Assembly: GCA_963664225.1 (NCBI GenBank) | Contig: OY760937.1 | Coordinates: 2,976,001 to 3,040,000 of the forward strand | Source of the DNA: Verrucomicrobiia bacterium | Lineage (GTDB): Bacteria > Verrucomicrobiota > Verrucomicrobiia > Limisphaerales > UBA1319 | DNA: 64,000 nucleotides | Direction of reading: 5' to 3' | In this document: positions 18,072 to 29,261 of the stretch, in pieces | Layout: each line of letters starts with the position of its first letter | Position numbering within the stretch: the first letter of the stretch is position 1 | Made by a program: the position numbers and the translations under genes | The notes under the pieces: model-generated | Database searches by the model: none | What the model was told of the DNA's origin: nothing | What the model saw: the letters and a program-made list of their open reading frames with translations, nothing else

Positions 18072-21000
18072 ATGCGATCATTGCGCCTCTTTTATGCGGC
18101 TTTTGTGGTGTGCCTGTTTACGGGTCTGGCTTCGGGAGCAGGGGACGAGGCCCGGCTGCTGAGGTTTCCGGCCATTCACGGCGATCAAATCGTTTTTTCC
18201 TACGCGGGCGATCTCTATACGGTGCCCTCCAAGGGCGGCGTGGCCCGGCGTTTGACCAGCGATGTCGGCTACGAAATGTTCCCCAGGTTCTCGCCGGATG
18301 GGCGCCAGCTTGCCTTTACCGCGCAATATGACGGGAACACCGAGGTTTACCTGATGCCCGCGGAGGGCGGCGTCCCCAAACGCCTGACCTACACCGCCAC
18401 GCTGGGCCGCGACGATGTCTCGGATCGCATGGGGCCCAACAATGTCGTGATGGGCTGGCGGGACGACGGCCATGTGGTGTATCGCACGCGTCGCGCCTCG
18501 CTCAACGACTGGCTCGGACAGCTCTACAGCGTTCCGGTGGAGGGGGGAATGTCCGTTCAATTGCCCTTGTCGCGCGGCGCCTGGTGCTCTTTCTCGCCCG
18601 ATGGCAAAAAGATGGCCTACAACCGGGTCTTCCGTGAATTCCGCACCTGGAAACGCTATCGCGGCGGTCAGGCCGACGACATCTGGATCTACGATTTTGC
18701 CAGCGGCCAGACCACCAACATCACCCAGAATCCGGCCCATGACGTTTTCCCCATGTGGCACGGCAACACGGTCTATTTCAATTCGGACCGTGACGCCCTC
18801 AAGCGTTTCAACCTCTACGCCTTCAACCTCGACACGCAGGAGACCCGGCAATTAACCCATTTCGAGGATTACGATGTCAAATTCCCGTCGCTGGGCGACG
18901 AGGCGATTGTTTTTGAAAACGGCGGTTACATCTACCGGCTGGATTTGAACAACGACACCGCGCCGGAAAAGGTGTCCATCCGCATTCAGGAGGATCTGGT
19001 GTCGGGCCGCAACAAACGTCTGGACGTCTCGAAGCACGTCAGTTCCTTCGATGTCTCGCCGGACGGCAACCGGGCCTTGTTCGGCGCGCGTGGGGATGTC
19101 TTCACGGTTCCCGCCAAATATGGCAACACGCGCAACCTGACCGCCACGCCGGGCGTGCATGAGCGCGACGCGCAGTGGTCGCCGGACGGACGCACCATAG
19201 CGTATATCTCCGACGCCACCGGTGAGGATGAGATTTACATCCGGCCGCAGGACGGCAGCGGCGAACCGCTGCAACTCACCCATGATGGCCATGTTTACAA
19301 GTATCATCCGGAGTGGTCGCCCAACAGCCGGAAGATCCTCTGGTCCGACCGCGAGCAGAAGCTCCACTATGTGGATGTGCAGACGCGCCAGGTGACGGAA
19401 GTGACGCGTTCGGATGTGTGGGAAATCACTCAGTATGTCTGGTCGCCCGATTCCTTGTGGATTGCCTTTGTCAAACCGGAGGTGGAAAGTCATGCGACGC
19501 TTCAACTCTATTCCGTGGCTTCCACTCTGATCACGCCCGTGACCGACGGCTGGTTTTCAATCTCGGATCCGGCCTTCAGCGCGGATGGCAAATACCTGTT
19601 TTTCGAATCCAAGCGCAGCTTCGAACCCGCCTCCAGCGAGATCGAGTTCAACTACGCCTACTTTGACATGGGTCGGATTTACTTTGTGACCCTCGCGAAG
19701 GATGTGAAGTCCCCATTCGAGCCTAGAAGTGACGAGGTCAAAATCGCCACAGCTTCCAAGACCGATGCCAAGGCGGACGCAAAACCAGACGCAAAGACAA
19801 CCGACGAGGCGGCCAAGGATGAGAAGAAGGATATCAAGAAGGAAGACAAGGCCGACAAGCCCGTTGTGACCGTCAAAGTGGATTTGGAGGGGATCGTCGA
19901 GCGCATTGCGGCGTTGCCGATCGGCAGTTCGGATTACTCGGGAATCACCGCGCTGGAGAACAAAGTTTACTACATGCGCCACGGCAGAAAAGAGGACAAG
20001 GCGAAACTCCTTTTCTACGACCTGGAGAAACAGAAGGAAACCGAATTGGGCGAAGTGGGCGGCTATGCCATTTCCGCTGACCACAAAAAGATGCTAGTCA
20101 ATATCGAGAACGCTTATGCCATCATGGACACCCCCACGGGCCGGATCGAGATGAAGGACAAACTCAACCTCGGCGATCTGGAGATCCAGCTCGATCGTCA
20201 GGCGGAGTGGCATCAAATCTTCGCCGAGTGCTGGCGGCAGATGCGCGACTTTCTCTTCGATCCCCACATGCGCGGAGTGGATTGGGCGGCGATGCGCGCG
20301 CGCTACGAGCCCCTGGTGTCCTCGGTTCAGCACCGCGCGGATTTGACCTATATCATCGGTGAAATGATCGGGGAGCTGAACATCGGCCACACCTACGTCG
20401 GCGGCGGGGACTATCCCAAACCGGAGCGGATCAAGACCGGGTTGCTGGGCGCGCAGATCGTGAAGGATCCGGCCTCGAAATATTTCCGCATCGTAAAAAT
20501 ACTGAAGGGCCAGAACTGGGAGCCGGGCGTCCGCTCGCCATTGACGGAGATCGGCGTGGAAGCCGCCGAGGGCGATTACATCACCGCGGTCAACGGCGTG
20601 CCGGCCGACCGCATTGCGGACATTTACGAGGCGCTGGTCGGTAAGGTGGGACGCCAGGTGCGCCTGCAAATCAATGCCAAGCCGTCGTCCGAGGGCGGCC
20701 ATGAAACCGTGGTCCTGCCCATTGGCGATGAGCGCCCGCTTTACTATTACACCTGGGTGCAGGAGAATATCGCGAAAGTCACGAAGGCGAGCCACGGCAA
20801 GATCGGTTATGTTCACATTCCCGACATGGGTGTGGAAGGCATGAACGAGTTTGTGAAGTATTATTATCCGCAGTTGCGCCGGGAGGGATTGATCGTGGAC
20901 GTCCGTGGCAATGGCGGTGGGAACGTTTCCCCTCAGATCATCGAGCGGCTGCATCGCGAACTGGCCATGATCACGATCGCGCGCAATTCGATTCCGCACG

Positions 21001-21404
21001 CCAATCCGGATGCCATGCAGTACGGGCCCAAGGCCTGCCTGCTCGATGAATTCTCCGCCTCGGATGGCGACATCTTTCCGTATCGGTTCCGCACCTACAA
21101 AATGGGGCCGCTCATCGGTAAACGCTCCTGGGGCGGTGTCGTGGGCATTCGCGGCTCGCTGCCCTTGCTGGACGGCGGGTTCCTGAACAAACCTGAGTTT
21201 TCGCGATACGATATCGAGGGCAAAGAATGGATCATGGAAGGTCACGGCGTGGACCCGGACATCGTGGTCGAGAACGATCCGGCCCGCGAGTTCGAGGGGG
21301 TCGACGCGCAGTTGGACAAGGCGGTGCAGGTGGTGCTCGAGCAGATTCAGGCCCATCCCCCGCGCCTGGCGCCTCCTCCGCCGTATCCTGACAGAAGTCG
21401 TTAA
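18072..21404 (+). CDS. Tricorn protease homolog (peptidase S41) with beta-propellers and a PDZ domain
   Basis: Signal peptide, repeated FSPDG/WSPD propeller motifs, GELNIGHTY, DVRGNGGG, SASDGD (catalytic Ser), EGHGVDPDI. Confidence 0.95.
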   Translation: MRSLRLFYAAFVVCLFTGLASGAGDEARLLRFPAIHGDQIVFSYAGDLYTVPSKGGVARRLTSDVGYEMFPRFSPDGRQLAFTAQYDGNTEVYLMPAEGGVPKRLTYTATLGRDDVSDRMGPNNVVMGWRDDGHVVYRTRRASLNDWLGQLYSVPVEGGMSVQLPLSRGAWCSFSPDGKKMAYNRVFREFRTWKRYRGGQADDIWIYDFASGQTTNITQNPAHDVFPMWHGNTVYFNSDRDALKRFNLYAFNLDTQETRQLTHFEDYDVKFPSLGDEAIVFENGGYIYRLDLNNDTAPEKVSIRIQEDLVSGRNKRLDVSKHVSSFDVSPDGNRALFGARGDVFTVPAKYGNTRNLTATPGVHERDAQWSPDGRTIAYISDATGEDEIYIRPQDGSGEPLQLTHDGHVYKYHPEWSPNSRKILWSDREQKLHYVDVQTRQVTEVTRSDVWEITQYVWSPDSLWIAFVKPEVESHATLQLYSVASTLITPVTDGWFSISDPAFSADGKYLFFESKRSFEPASSEIEFNYAYFDMGRIYFVTLAKDVKSPFEPRSDEVKIATASKTDAKADAKPDAKTTDEAAKDEKKDIKKEDKADKPVVTVKVDLEGIVERIAALPIGSSDYSGITALENKVYYMRHGRKEDKAKLLFYDLEKQKETELGEVGGYAISADHKKMLVNIENAYAIMDTPTGRIEMKDKLNLGDLEIQLDRQAEWHQIFAECWRQMRDFLFDPHMRGVDWAAMRARYEPLVSSVQHRADLTYIIGEMIGELNIGHTYVGGGDYPKPERIKTGLLGAQIVKDPASKYFRIVKILKGQNWEPGVRSPLTEIGVEAAEGDYITAVNGVPADRIADIYEALVGKVGRQVRLQINAKPSSEGGHETVVLPIGDERPLYYYTWVQENIAKVTKASHGKIGYVHIPDMGVEGMNEFVKYYYPQLRREGLIVDVRGNGGGNVSPQIIERLHRELAMITIARNSIPHANPDAMQYGPKACLLDEFSASDGDIFPYRFRTYKMGPLIGKRSWGGVVGIRGSLPLLDGGFLNKPEFSRYDIEGKEWIMEGHGVDPDIVVENDPAREFEGVDAQLDKAVQVVLEQIQAHPPRLAPPPPYPDRSR

Positions 21405-21446
21405 GTCTCCGGTTTAAAGACAGCGTTGTAACGGTTGACACTGATT

Positions 21447-24400
21447 ATGGATGAACTGGTGATGACGCCCGCGACGGGCGCGCGGCTGCTTCGGTTTGTG
21501 GGCGATACGCTGCGTTTCGGCCTGAAACCGGCGCGGCCGCAGCCGCTGCCCGAGGGTTGCCGCGCCTTTCTGCGCACCAACCTGGGCCGTGCGGGCGCGC
21601 AACGCGAGGAAATCGTCAAGGCCCACGCCGGCGGCCTGCCGCTGGCCGGAGCCTCCTGGCGGGACATCCCGTTGAAGGCGGGCGCGGACGAATGGTTCGC
21701 GGAATTTCCCGTGGTGGAGGTCGGCTATTTCAAGGCCAAGGCCTATGTCGTCGATGCGACCGGCCGTCAATATTGGCCCCATGGCGCGGACGTCGGAGTC
21801 AGCGTGCATCCCAACGATTGCCGCACCGGGAACACCCTTTATTGCGCGTTCACCCGCATGTTTGGCGCATCCAAAAGCCTGTCCGCCACTTTCGACGCCA
21901 GACGCGAAGACGAATATCGAAAATTTGACGCCGCCGGTTTCACCCTGATCCCCCCCTCCGGAACGCTGCGCGATCTGGCGGCTCAGACTCCCCATATTTT
22001 TGGCACGCTCGGCTGCCGCATCCTGCATCTGCTCCCCATCAATCCCACGCCCACGACCTACGCCCGTTTTGGCCGGTTCGGAAGCCCCTACGCCAGCCTG
22101 GACTTTACCGCGATCGATCCCGCGCTCGTTGAATTCGACCGCAAGACCACAGCTGTGGACCAGTTTCGGGAACTCGCCCGCGCGGTCCATGGACACGGCG
22201 GCCGCCTCTTTCTGGACCTGGCCATCAACCACACAGGCTGGGGTTCGACCCTGCTCAACACGCATCCCGAATGGTTTTTGAAAAATGACAGGGGCGACTT
22301 TGAAAGCCCCGGCGCCTGGGGCACCGTCTGGGAGGATCTCGTCGAATTGGCCCATCGCACCCCCGATTTGTGGGACCAACTGGCCGGGGTCTTTCTGGTC
22401 TGGTGCCGTCGCGGCGTGGATGGTTTCCGTTGCGATGCCGGATACAAGGTTCCCACGGCGGCCTGGCAGTTCATCATTGCGCGGGTGCGGCAGGAATTCC
22501 CCGAAACCATCTTTTTGCTCGAGGGCTTGGGCGGCTCCTGGGAGGCCACCGAGACCCTCCTGACCGAGGGCGGCATGCAATGGGCCTATTCGGAACTCTT
22601 CCAGAATTATCAGGGCCGGGATGTGGCCGCGTATCTGGACTACAGCCTCCGCCAGGCGGAACGCGTCGGGTGCTATGTCCATTACAGCGAGACCCACGAC
22701 AATCCGCGCCTCGCGGCGCAACCCCTGGGCCGCGCCTGGTCGCTGCTGCGCAACCGCCTCTGCGCCCTGACCAGTGTCAGCGGCGGGTATGGATTCACCT
22801 GCGGCGTGGAATGGCTGGCTGCGGAGAAGGTGGATGTCCACCTCTGCAGCGGCATGTCATGGAACAGCGCGCAGAACATCGTCGGCGAACTGGCCACGCT
22901 CAACCGGCTCCTTGCGGGCCATCCCTGTTTCTTCGATGGCGCCCGGCTGACCCGGCTCAGCGGGGATGCGGCCCCGGTTTATGTGCTGCGCCGCGAAGCG
23001 GCGGAAGGCGGCGCGCTGGTGCTCGTGCTGGTGAACACCAATGTCACGGAGTCGGGGGAGGCCATCGTGAAGATCGACGGCTGCCCGATCCTCGAGCGCC
23101 CCTTGTTTGATTTGCTGGGCCAGCCTCTGCCGCCCATGGAATCGCGCTCCGAGCGCATGGTCCGCTTCACTCTGCGGCCCGGCGCCTGCCATTGTCTCGC
23201 GGACGCTCCAATGCCCGATCCGGCGGTGGGCGACGCCTACCGGATGGCTCGCGCGCAGGCGGCCCGCGCATTGCAGGCGATTTGCCGATACCTGCCCGCC
23301 GAAAACATCGGAACCTTTTCATGGCGTTCCCTGGCCGGCTTTTTGGTGAAGGCGGGCCCCGAGAAGTTCCTGGCCTCGCTGTCCGTGCTGGAGGCGTCGG
23401 CCGTTTCCGAAAACTTTGGATCCGCTCTTGAGGCCGCGCTGGCCCGCGACGTTTACCCCCGCGTGGTCGTGTGGGAATGGCCGGATCAACGGCGCGTCAC
23501 GCTCGTGCCGCCGGATCACTGGCTTCTCATTCGCGATTCCGGGCCTTTTCAAGCCACGGTCCGCAGTGCCAGCCGCGAGGAAATCCGGCACCTCTTTTCG
23601 TTTCGCATCGGCGATGTCCATGTGTCCGCCGTGCCGCCCAATCTATTCGACCATGACACCCTCCTCGTCGTCGAGCGCCACGCCGCGGGAGACGCCGTGG
23701 CCAGGGCAAAAATCCGTTTCCTGGCCGCGGCGCCCGTCTGGCCGTTTGAAGCTGCGGCCACCGGCCCGGTGGAGCGTTTTCTCTCCCGGGAATCCCTCGC
23801 GTCCCGGACCGCCCTCCTGACCAATGGCCGCGGGGGCATGGCCCGCCTTTGTCTGGACCTGGGCCGCGTCAATTCCAAATACGACTGTCTCCTGGCCGCC
23901 AATTTGCACCCCACCGTTCCCGTGGACCGCCATGTCTTCGCCAAACGGGTCCGCGTCTGGATTCTCGCCGATGGTTTTCAATCACCCCTGGACGCTCAGA
24001 ATCTCGCCGGCTTCGATCCGGGTCCGCCCGCAGTCTGGCGGTTTCAGGCCAGCGCGGGGGATGGCCGCCGCGTCGAAATCCATTTGATCGCCGACATGCT
24101 GGACCACGCCAACACCACCGTGCTCCGCTTCGTGCGTCCTCCGCATGGTTCCGCGATCGGACGCGAATTGCCCGATGAATGCCCGGTGCGTTTGATCGTG
24201 CGCGTCGATATCGAGGACCGAAGTTACCATTCGGAAACGCATCGCAATCCGGCCGCCGATTTTCATTTCATGAGCCACTCCCGCCCGCTTGAAGAGCGCG
24301 TCGGCTTCGAGTTCACCCCGGCCTCGGACCGGTCTTTGCGCGTCTGGGCGGATGGCGGTCGCTATCACCACGAGGCCGAGTGGTGTAGTCAAATTTCCCA

Positions 24401-25862
24401 TCCCGTGGAACAAAGCAGGGGCCAGCCAGGCTCAGGCGATGCCTATAGCCCGGGTTGGTTTGAGCTTCCCATGAGCAGGGGCGGCGCTTTCATCTTGGCC
24501 GTCAGCGCCGAAGCGCAATGGCCCGCCCCTTCTCAAATTGCGGACTTTGAGACCCGCCGCGTGCAGGCAAACCAACGGGCTGTGGAACGCGCCGCCTTGA
24601 ACGATCTGGATCCCTTTGGCCGTCAACTCACACGCGCCCTGCAGGCCTTCATCGTCGATCGGGACGCCGGCAAGACCGTCATCGCCGGCTATCCCTGGTT
24701 TTTGGACTGGGGACGCGACTCGCTCATCTGCGCCCGTGGCGCCCTTGCGGCCGGCTTGGACCAGGAAGTGGTGGCGCTGCTGGTGGTCTTTGGCCGGTTC
24801 GCCGCCGCCGGCACCCTCCCCAATTCCATTTTTGGCAATGACGCCTCGAACCGCGACACCTCCGACGCCCCGCTCTGGTATGGCGTCGTCTGCGAGGAGG
24901 TCGCGTCAAAAACGGGCATGGACATCTATTCCACCGCCGTGGACAAACAGGGACGCACCATTGCCGAAGTGCTCCTTGAGATTGCCGACGGTTATGCCCG
25001 GGGCGCATCCAACGGCGTGCGCATGGACCCGGCTTCAGGACTCATCTGGAGTCCCCCGCATTTTACCTGGATGGATACCAACTTCCCGGCGGCCACCCCG
25101 CGCGAAGGCTACCCCGTGGAAATCCAGGCGCTCTGGATTCGCCTGTTGCGTCAGTTGGAGCGCCTTGAGGCCGCAGGTTATTGGAGCCGCCGGGAACGGC
25201 CTTCCCTCCCGGACGGAGCCACCTTCGGCGCACTTGCGGACAAAGCCAGCGCATCGTTCCAGAAATTGTTCTGGCTCGAGGATAAAAGCTGGTTCTCCGA
25301 TGTGCTCCTTGCGGCTGCCGGCGTCCCCGCGGCTCAGGCCGTGCCCGACAATGCGCTCCGCGGCAACGGCCTCATCGCCGTGAGCCTGGGCATTGTGACA
25401 GGCGAACGAGCCCGCCGAACCGTCGAGGCCGCGCGTCGTTATTTGGTCATACCGGGGGCCTTGCGCTCCCTGGCCCCATTGCCCGTCTCCCCGCCGCTCC
25501 CTGTGAGGGACGGGGAAGGTCATCTGCTCAACGACCCCGTCAATCCTTATTTCGGACGTTACGAGGGCGACGAGGATACCCGGCGCAAACCCGCTTATCA
25601 CAACGGCACCGCGTGGACATGGACCTTCCCGATCTTCTGCGAAGCCCTGGCGGCCGCCTGGGACCATGCGCCCGAGGCGGTGGCCGCCGCGCGCGCCTAC
25701 CTGGGCAGCATGGACCAGACGATGCTGGAAGGTTGCGTGGGCCAGATTCCCGAAATCCTGGATGGCGACGCTCCCCACGCCCAGCGCGGCTGCGACGCCC
25801 AAGCCTGGGGCGTGACCGAGGCCCTGCGTGTCTGGAAATCCCTTTCAGCGCCACCGCGTTAA
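21447..25862 (+). CDS. Glycogen debranching enzyme: GH13 alpha-amylase domain fused to GDE_N and an amylo-alpha-1,6-glucosidase (GH133) domain
   Basis: GSPYA, DLAINHTG, GVDGFRCDAG, ETHD (GH13); LLTNGRGG (GDE_N); IAGYPWFLDWGRD, TWMD, YHNGTAW, GCDAQAW (GH133). Confidence 0.88.
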   Translation: MDELVMTPATGARLLRFVGDTLRFGLKPARPQPLPEGCRAFLRTNLGRAGAQREEIVKAHAGGLPLAGASWRDIPLKAGADEWFAEFPVVEVGYFKAKAYVVDATGRQYWPHGADVGVSVHPNDCRTGNTLYCAFTRMFGASKSLSATFDARREDEYRKFDAAGFTLIPPSGTLRDLAAQTPHIFGTLGCRILHLLPINPTPTTYARFGRFGSPYASLDFTAIDPALVEFDRKTTAVDQFRELARAVHGHGGRLFLDLAINHTGWGSTLLNTHPEWFLKNDRGDFESPGAWGTVWEDLVELAHRTPDLWDQLAGVFLVWCRRGVDGFRCDAGYKVPTAAWQFIIARVRQEFPETIFLLEGLGGSWEATETLLTEGGMQWAYSELFQNYQGRDVAAYLDYSLRQAERVGCYVHYSETHDNPRLAAQPLGRAWSLLRNRLCALTSVSGGYGFTCGVEWLAAEKVDVHLCSGMSWNSAQNIVGELATLNRLLAGHPCFFDGARLTRLSGDAAPVYVLRREAAEGGALVLVLVNTNVTESGEAIVKIDGCPILERPLFDLLGQPLPPMESRSERMVRFTLRPGACHCLADAPMPDPAVGDAYRMARAQAARALQAICRYLPAENIGTFSWRSLAGFLVKAGPEKFLASLSVLEASAVSENFGSALEAALARDVYPRVVVWEWPDQRRVTLVPPDHWLLIRDSGPFQATVRSASREEIRHLFSFRIGDVHVSAVPPNLFDHDTLLVVERHAAGDAVARAKIRFLAAAPVWPFEAAATGPVERFLSRESLASRTALLTNGRGGMARLCLDLGRVNSKYDCLLAANLHPTVPVDRHVFAKRVRVWILADGFQSPLDAQNLAGFDPGPPAVWRFQASAGDGRRVEIHLIADMLDHANTTVLRFVRPPHGSAIGRELPDECPVRLIVRVDIEDRSYHSETHRNPAADFHFMSHSRPLEERVGFEFTPASDRSLRVWADGGRYHHEAEWCSQISHPVEQSRGQPGSGDAYSPGWFELPMSRGGAFILAVSAEAQWPAPSQIADFETRRVQANQRAVERAALNDLDPFGRQLTRALQAFIVDRDAGKTVIAGYPWFLDWGRDSLICARGALAAGLDQEVVALLVVFGRFAAAGTLPNSIFGNDASNRDTSDAPLWYGVVCEEVASKTGMDIYSTAVDKQGRTIAEVLLEIADGYARGASNGVRMDPASGLIWSPPHFTWMDTNFPAATPREGYPVEIQALWIRLLRQLERLEAAGYWSRRERPSLPDGATFGALADKASASFQKLFWLEDKSWFSDVLLAAAGVPAAQAVPDNALRGNGLIAVSLGIVTGERARRTVEAARRYLVIPGALRSLAPLPVSPPLPVRDGEGHLLNDPVNPYFGRYEGDEDTRRKPAYHNGTAWTWTFPIFCEALAAAWDHAPEAVAAARAYLGSMDQTMLEGCVGQIPEILDGDAPHAQRGCDAQAWGVTEALRVWKSLSAPPR

Positions 25863-26165
25863 ATCTCCGCTGGCTCCGGGCGGAAGCGCGGGCGTTCTCG
25901 CCTGCGGGTTCAAGCGGCGTCTCGCGAAGTTCGCGGCTTTTGTATGGAGTCCCGTCTTTGGACGGCATGGCGTTCAAATCGAGGGGCGCATCCATATTTT
26001 TAACCCTCTCCAACGACGGGGTCACCATACCTTTACACTTTTGCACGTGCGAGACCTTGGAGGGATGGTTTCAATCGGGACTTTGATCCACCGCATTTGT
26101 TCCAGAGGCAGCGTGTCCTGCGCCCGAAGCGCGGCGTCGGTTTTCAGCCACCTTTACGGGAGCGG

Positions 26166-26828
26166 ATGGTTACATTAAACTGTGGCGTGGTTACAACAAT
26201 CGTTTTCGATTTGGACAGTTGCCTGAGCGCCGCTGATGAGCCGGGCGTTCACCTGTTTCAACCCGCCTTCGACGCCATCACGAAGGCCAATCATGGCTCC
26301 CACACGCCCGACATGCTTCGGCAGGCCTTTATCGAAATGTGGCGCGTGCCTTTCGATGCGGTGGCTCAAAAGTATTGCTTCACTCCGGCCATGCGCGACG
26401 CGGGCTGGCAGGTGTTGCTCCCCCTGGAAGTCACCACTCCGATGTCCGGTTACGGCGACATCTCCGTGCTCAAGGAGCTGCCCGTGAAGCGATTTCTGGT
26501 CACCTCGGGCTTTCGCCGCCTCCAGGAAAGCAAGATTCGCGCCCTGGGAATCACTCCTCTGTTCACGGCGATTTTCGTCAATGCCATCGACGAACCAGAG
26601 CGCCACGGCAAGCAGGGCATCATCGAAGCCATCCTTCGCGATCATCGACTCCAGCCCGCGGAAGTGCTCATCGTCGGCGACAATCCCGATTCCGAACTGG
26701 CCGTCGGCCGCCGTCTCGGCATTCGCACCGTCCAAACGCTTCGACCGGGCGTGCCCTTTTCGGACGCGGAAACCCACCATATTCACAGTCTCCACGAACT
26801 CAAAGGCCTCATCGCTCAGGCGCGTTGA
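26166..26828 (+). CDS. HAD family hydrolase
   Basis: FDLDSCL motif I, LVTSG motif II, IVGDNPDSE motif IV. Confidence 0.85.
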   Translation: MVTLNCGVVTTIVFDLDSCLSAADEPGVHLFQPAFDAITKANHGSHTPDMLRQAFIEMWRVPFDAVAQKYCFTPAMRDAGWQVLLPLEVTTPMSGYGDISVLKELPVKRFLVTSGFRRLQESKIRALGITPLFTAIFVNAIDEPERHGKQGIIEAILRDHRLQPAEVLIVGDNPDSELAVGRRLGIRTVQTLRPGVPFSDAETHHIHSLHELKGLIAQAR

Positions 26829-26990
26829 TGTCTGAAGTGCTTCCTTCGCACCGGCCTTCCACAGCCTGCCGTCCCCGTCAAAACTCCCGGTGGAGTTTGC
26901 CATGTTTGTGCATTAGCTTTGGGCGCGGCGTGGATGAGATTGCTTCATGAGCTCGTGAATGCCCCCAGCGTGCGCCGGATGAATTTTGTT

Positions 26991-28046
26991 ATGAGTGCGA
27001 ACATGGATTTACCGCAGGGCGCTGCCCTGCCGGATTTTGCCGACTGGAAGAAGATTGTGGCCAAATACCAGAGGCCCTCGGTGCCAAGGGCGGTCTATCA
27101 AATGGCAAACACACTGATCCCGTATGTGGCCCTGTGGGTCTTGATGTATCTGAGCCTGGGAGTGTCCTGGTGGCTCACCGTTCCGCTGGCGGTTCTCGCG
27201 GGGGCATTCATGGTGCGCGCCTTCATCATCTTTCACGATTGCGGTCACGGCTCGTTCTTCAAATCGCAGATGGCCAATCACATTGTCGGAGCCATCACCG
27301 GCGTGCTGACGTTCACGCCCTATTACCATTGGCGCTGGCAGCATGCCGCCCATCACTCCAGCTCGGGCGATCTGGACCGCCGCGGCATGGGCGATATCTG
27401 GACGCTGACCGTGCAGGAATACCTGGAATCGTCGCGCTGGAAACGTTTCGCCTACCGCCTCGCGCGCAATCCCGTGGTGCTGTTCGTGCTCGCGCCGCTG
27501 TTTCTGCTGGTCTTGAAGCAGCGTCTGCCCGATCTCAAGGCCCCGACCCGTGAGCGTTACTCGGTTTATTGGACCAATCTCGCCATTGGGGCAATGGCGG
27601 CGGGCCTGATCTGGATTTTCGGTCTCGAGGCCTACCTCATCATTCAGTTGACCATTCTGCTTGTGGCCGGCTCGGCGGGAATCTGGCTGTTCTATGTCCA
27701 GCACCAGTTCGAGGGCGTGTATTGGGAGAGGCGCAACGAATGGGATTACGCGGAGGCGGCCTTGCAGGGGAGTTCCTTCTATAAACTGCCCAGGGTCCTC
27801 CAATGGTTCTCGGGGAACATCGGCTTTCACCACATCCATCATCTCAGTCCAAGGATTCCCAATTACCACCTCGAGAAATGCCAGAAGGCCGAGCCCCTGT
27901 TCCAGACGGTGAAGCCCGTGACCTTTTTCGCCAGCTTCAAGTCGCTCACGTTCCGGCTCTGGGACGAGCAACGCCAGAAGCTGGTCGGCTACCGCCGCTT
28001 GAAGGAGCTTCGAAAGGCCCGGCGGCCGGCGTCTGGTCCGCTTTGA
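26991..28046 (+). CDS. Membrane fatty acid desaturase (Bacillus Des-like)
   Basis: His boxes HDCGH, HAAHH and HHIHH; FYVQHQFE; TM segments. Confidence 0.92.
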   Translation: MSANMDLPQGAALPDFADWKKIVAKYQRPSVPRAVYQMANTLIPYVALWVLMYLSLGVSWWLTVPLAVLAGAFMVRAFIIFHDCGHGSFFKSQMANHIVGAITGVLTFTPYYHWRWQHAAHHSSSGDLDRRGMGDIWTLTVQEYLESSRWKRFAYRLARNPVVLFVLAPLFLLVLKQRLPDLKAPTRERYSVYWTNLAIGAMAAGLIWIFGLEAYLIIQLTILLVAGSAGIWLFYVQHQFEGVYWERRNEWDYAEAALQGSSFYKLPRVLQWFSGNIGFHHIHHLSPRIPNYHLEKCQKAEPLFQTVKPVTFFASFKSLTFRLWDEQRQKLVGYRRLKELRKARRPASGPL

Positions 28047-28144
28047 ACCTTTGCGACTTTGCTGTAATATTGAAGGAGAGGGGTGCGGCGAAACGGCGTC
28101 CCCACAAGATTATTGTCACGAATAATAATAATTGAATAAACGTC

Positions 28145-29230
28145 ATGAAAGCGACACAAGCTCTGCACGATCTGGGCCAGAGTCTCTGGCTGGATAACAT
28201 CACCCGCGACCTGCTCAACAGCGGCACTCTCAAGCGTTACATCGAGGAGTGGTCGGTGACGGGCCTGACCTCGAACCCGACGATTTTCGACCAGGCCATC
28301 AAGAACAGCGCCTCCTACGACACCGCGATCCACAAAGGCACCACGGATGGCAAGACTTCAGAGAACATTTTCTTCGACCTGGCCCTTGAGGACCTGACCC
28401 GCGCCGCGGATTTGTTCCGGCCGGTTCATCACCGCACCAATGGGATGGACGGCTGGGTGTCTCTGGAGGTCTCGCCCCTGCTGGCTTATGACACCGCCAG
28501 CACCATTGCCGCCGCGAAGGAACTTTCCGGGCGGGCCGACCGCCACAACCTGTTCATCAAGATACCCGGCACCAGGGAGGGCCTGCCCGCCATCGAGGAG
28601 GCCATCTTTGCCGGGGTGCCCGTCAACGTCACGCTCCTGTTCTCGCGCGGCCAATACGCGGCGGCGGCGGAGGCCTACATGCGCGGCATCGAGCGGCGCA
28701 TTGCAGCCGGGCTTAATCCCCATGTCTGCTCGGTGGCCTCGGTCTTCATCAGCCGCTGGGACGCCGCCGTGGCAGGCAAGGTTCCAACCGAATTGACCAA
28801 CCAGCTCGGCATCACCATCGCGAACCGCATTTACAAGACCTACCATGATTTGCTGGGCTCGCCTCGCTGGAATCGCGCCTACAATTCCGGCGCCCGGCCT
28901 CAGCGCTTGCTCTGGGCCAGCACCGGCACCAAGGATCCCAAGGCCTCCGACGTCCTCTACATCACAGCACTGGCCGCGCCGTTCACCGTGAACACCATGC
29001 CCGAGGCCACTTTAAAGGCCCTGGCCGACCACGGGAAGATTGGCGCCAGCATGCCGATGAATGGGGGCAATTGTGAAGAAGTCCTGACCCGGTTTGCAAA
29101 GGCGGGAATCGATGTGGATGCGCTGGCCGCACAGCTTCAGGAGGACGGCGCGAAATCGTTTGTGAAATCCTGGAACGACCTGATGGCCGTGATTGCGTCC
29201 AAGAGCGAAGCACTCAGGCAGACCGCATAG
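28145..29230 (+). CDS. tal: Transaldolase
   Basis: GQSLWLDNI, GLTSNPTIF, SLEVSP, IKIPGT (Schiff-base Lys), NVTLLFS, RLLWASTGTK. Confidence 0.95.
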   Translation: MKATQALHDLGQSLWLDNITRDLLNSGTLKRYIEEWSVTGLTSNPTIFDQAIKNSASYDTAIHKGTTDGKTSENIFFDLALEDLTRAADLFRPVHHRTNGMDGWVSLEVSPLLAYDTASTIAAAKELSGRADRHNLFIKIPGTREGLPAIEEAIFAGVPVNVTLLFSRGQYAAAAEAYMRGIERRIAAGLNPHVCSVASVFISRWDAAVAGKVPTELTNQLGITIANRIYKTYHDLLGSPRWNRAYNSGARPQRLLWASTGTKDPKASDVLYITALAAPFTVNTMPEATLKALADHGKIGASMPMNGGNCEEVLTRFAKAGIDVDALAAQLQEDGAKSFVKSWNDLMAVIASKSEALRQTA

Positions 29231-29261
29231 TCGCGCGATTGCACCCATAAACTTAAATCAC

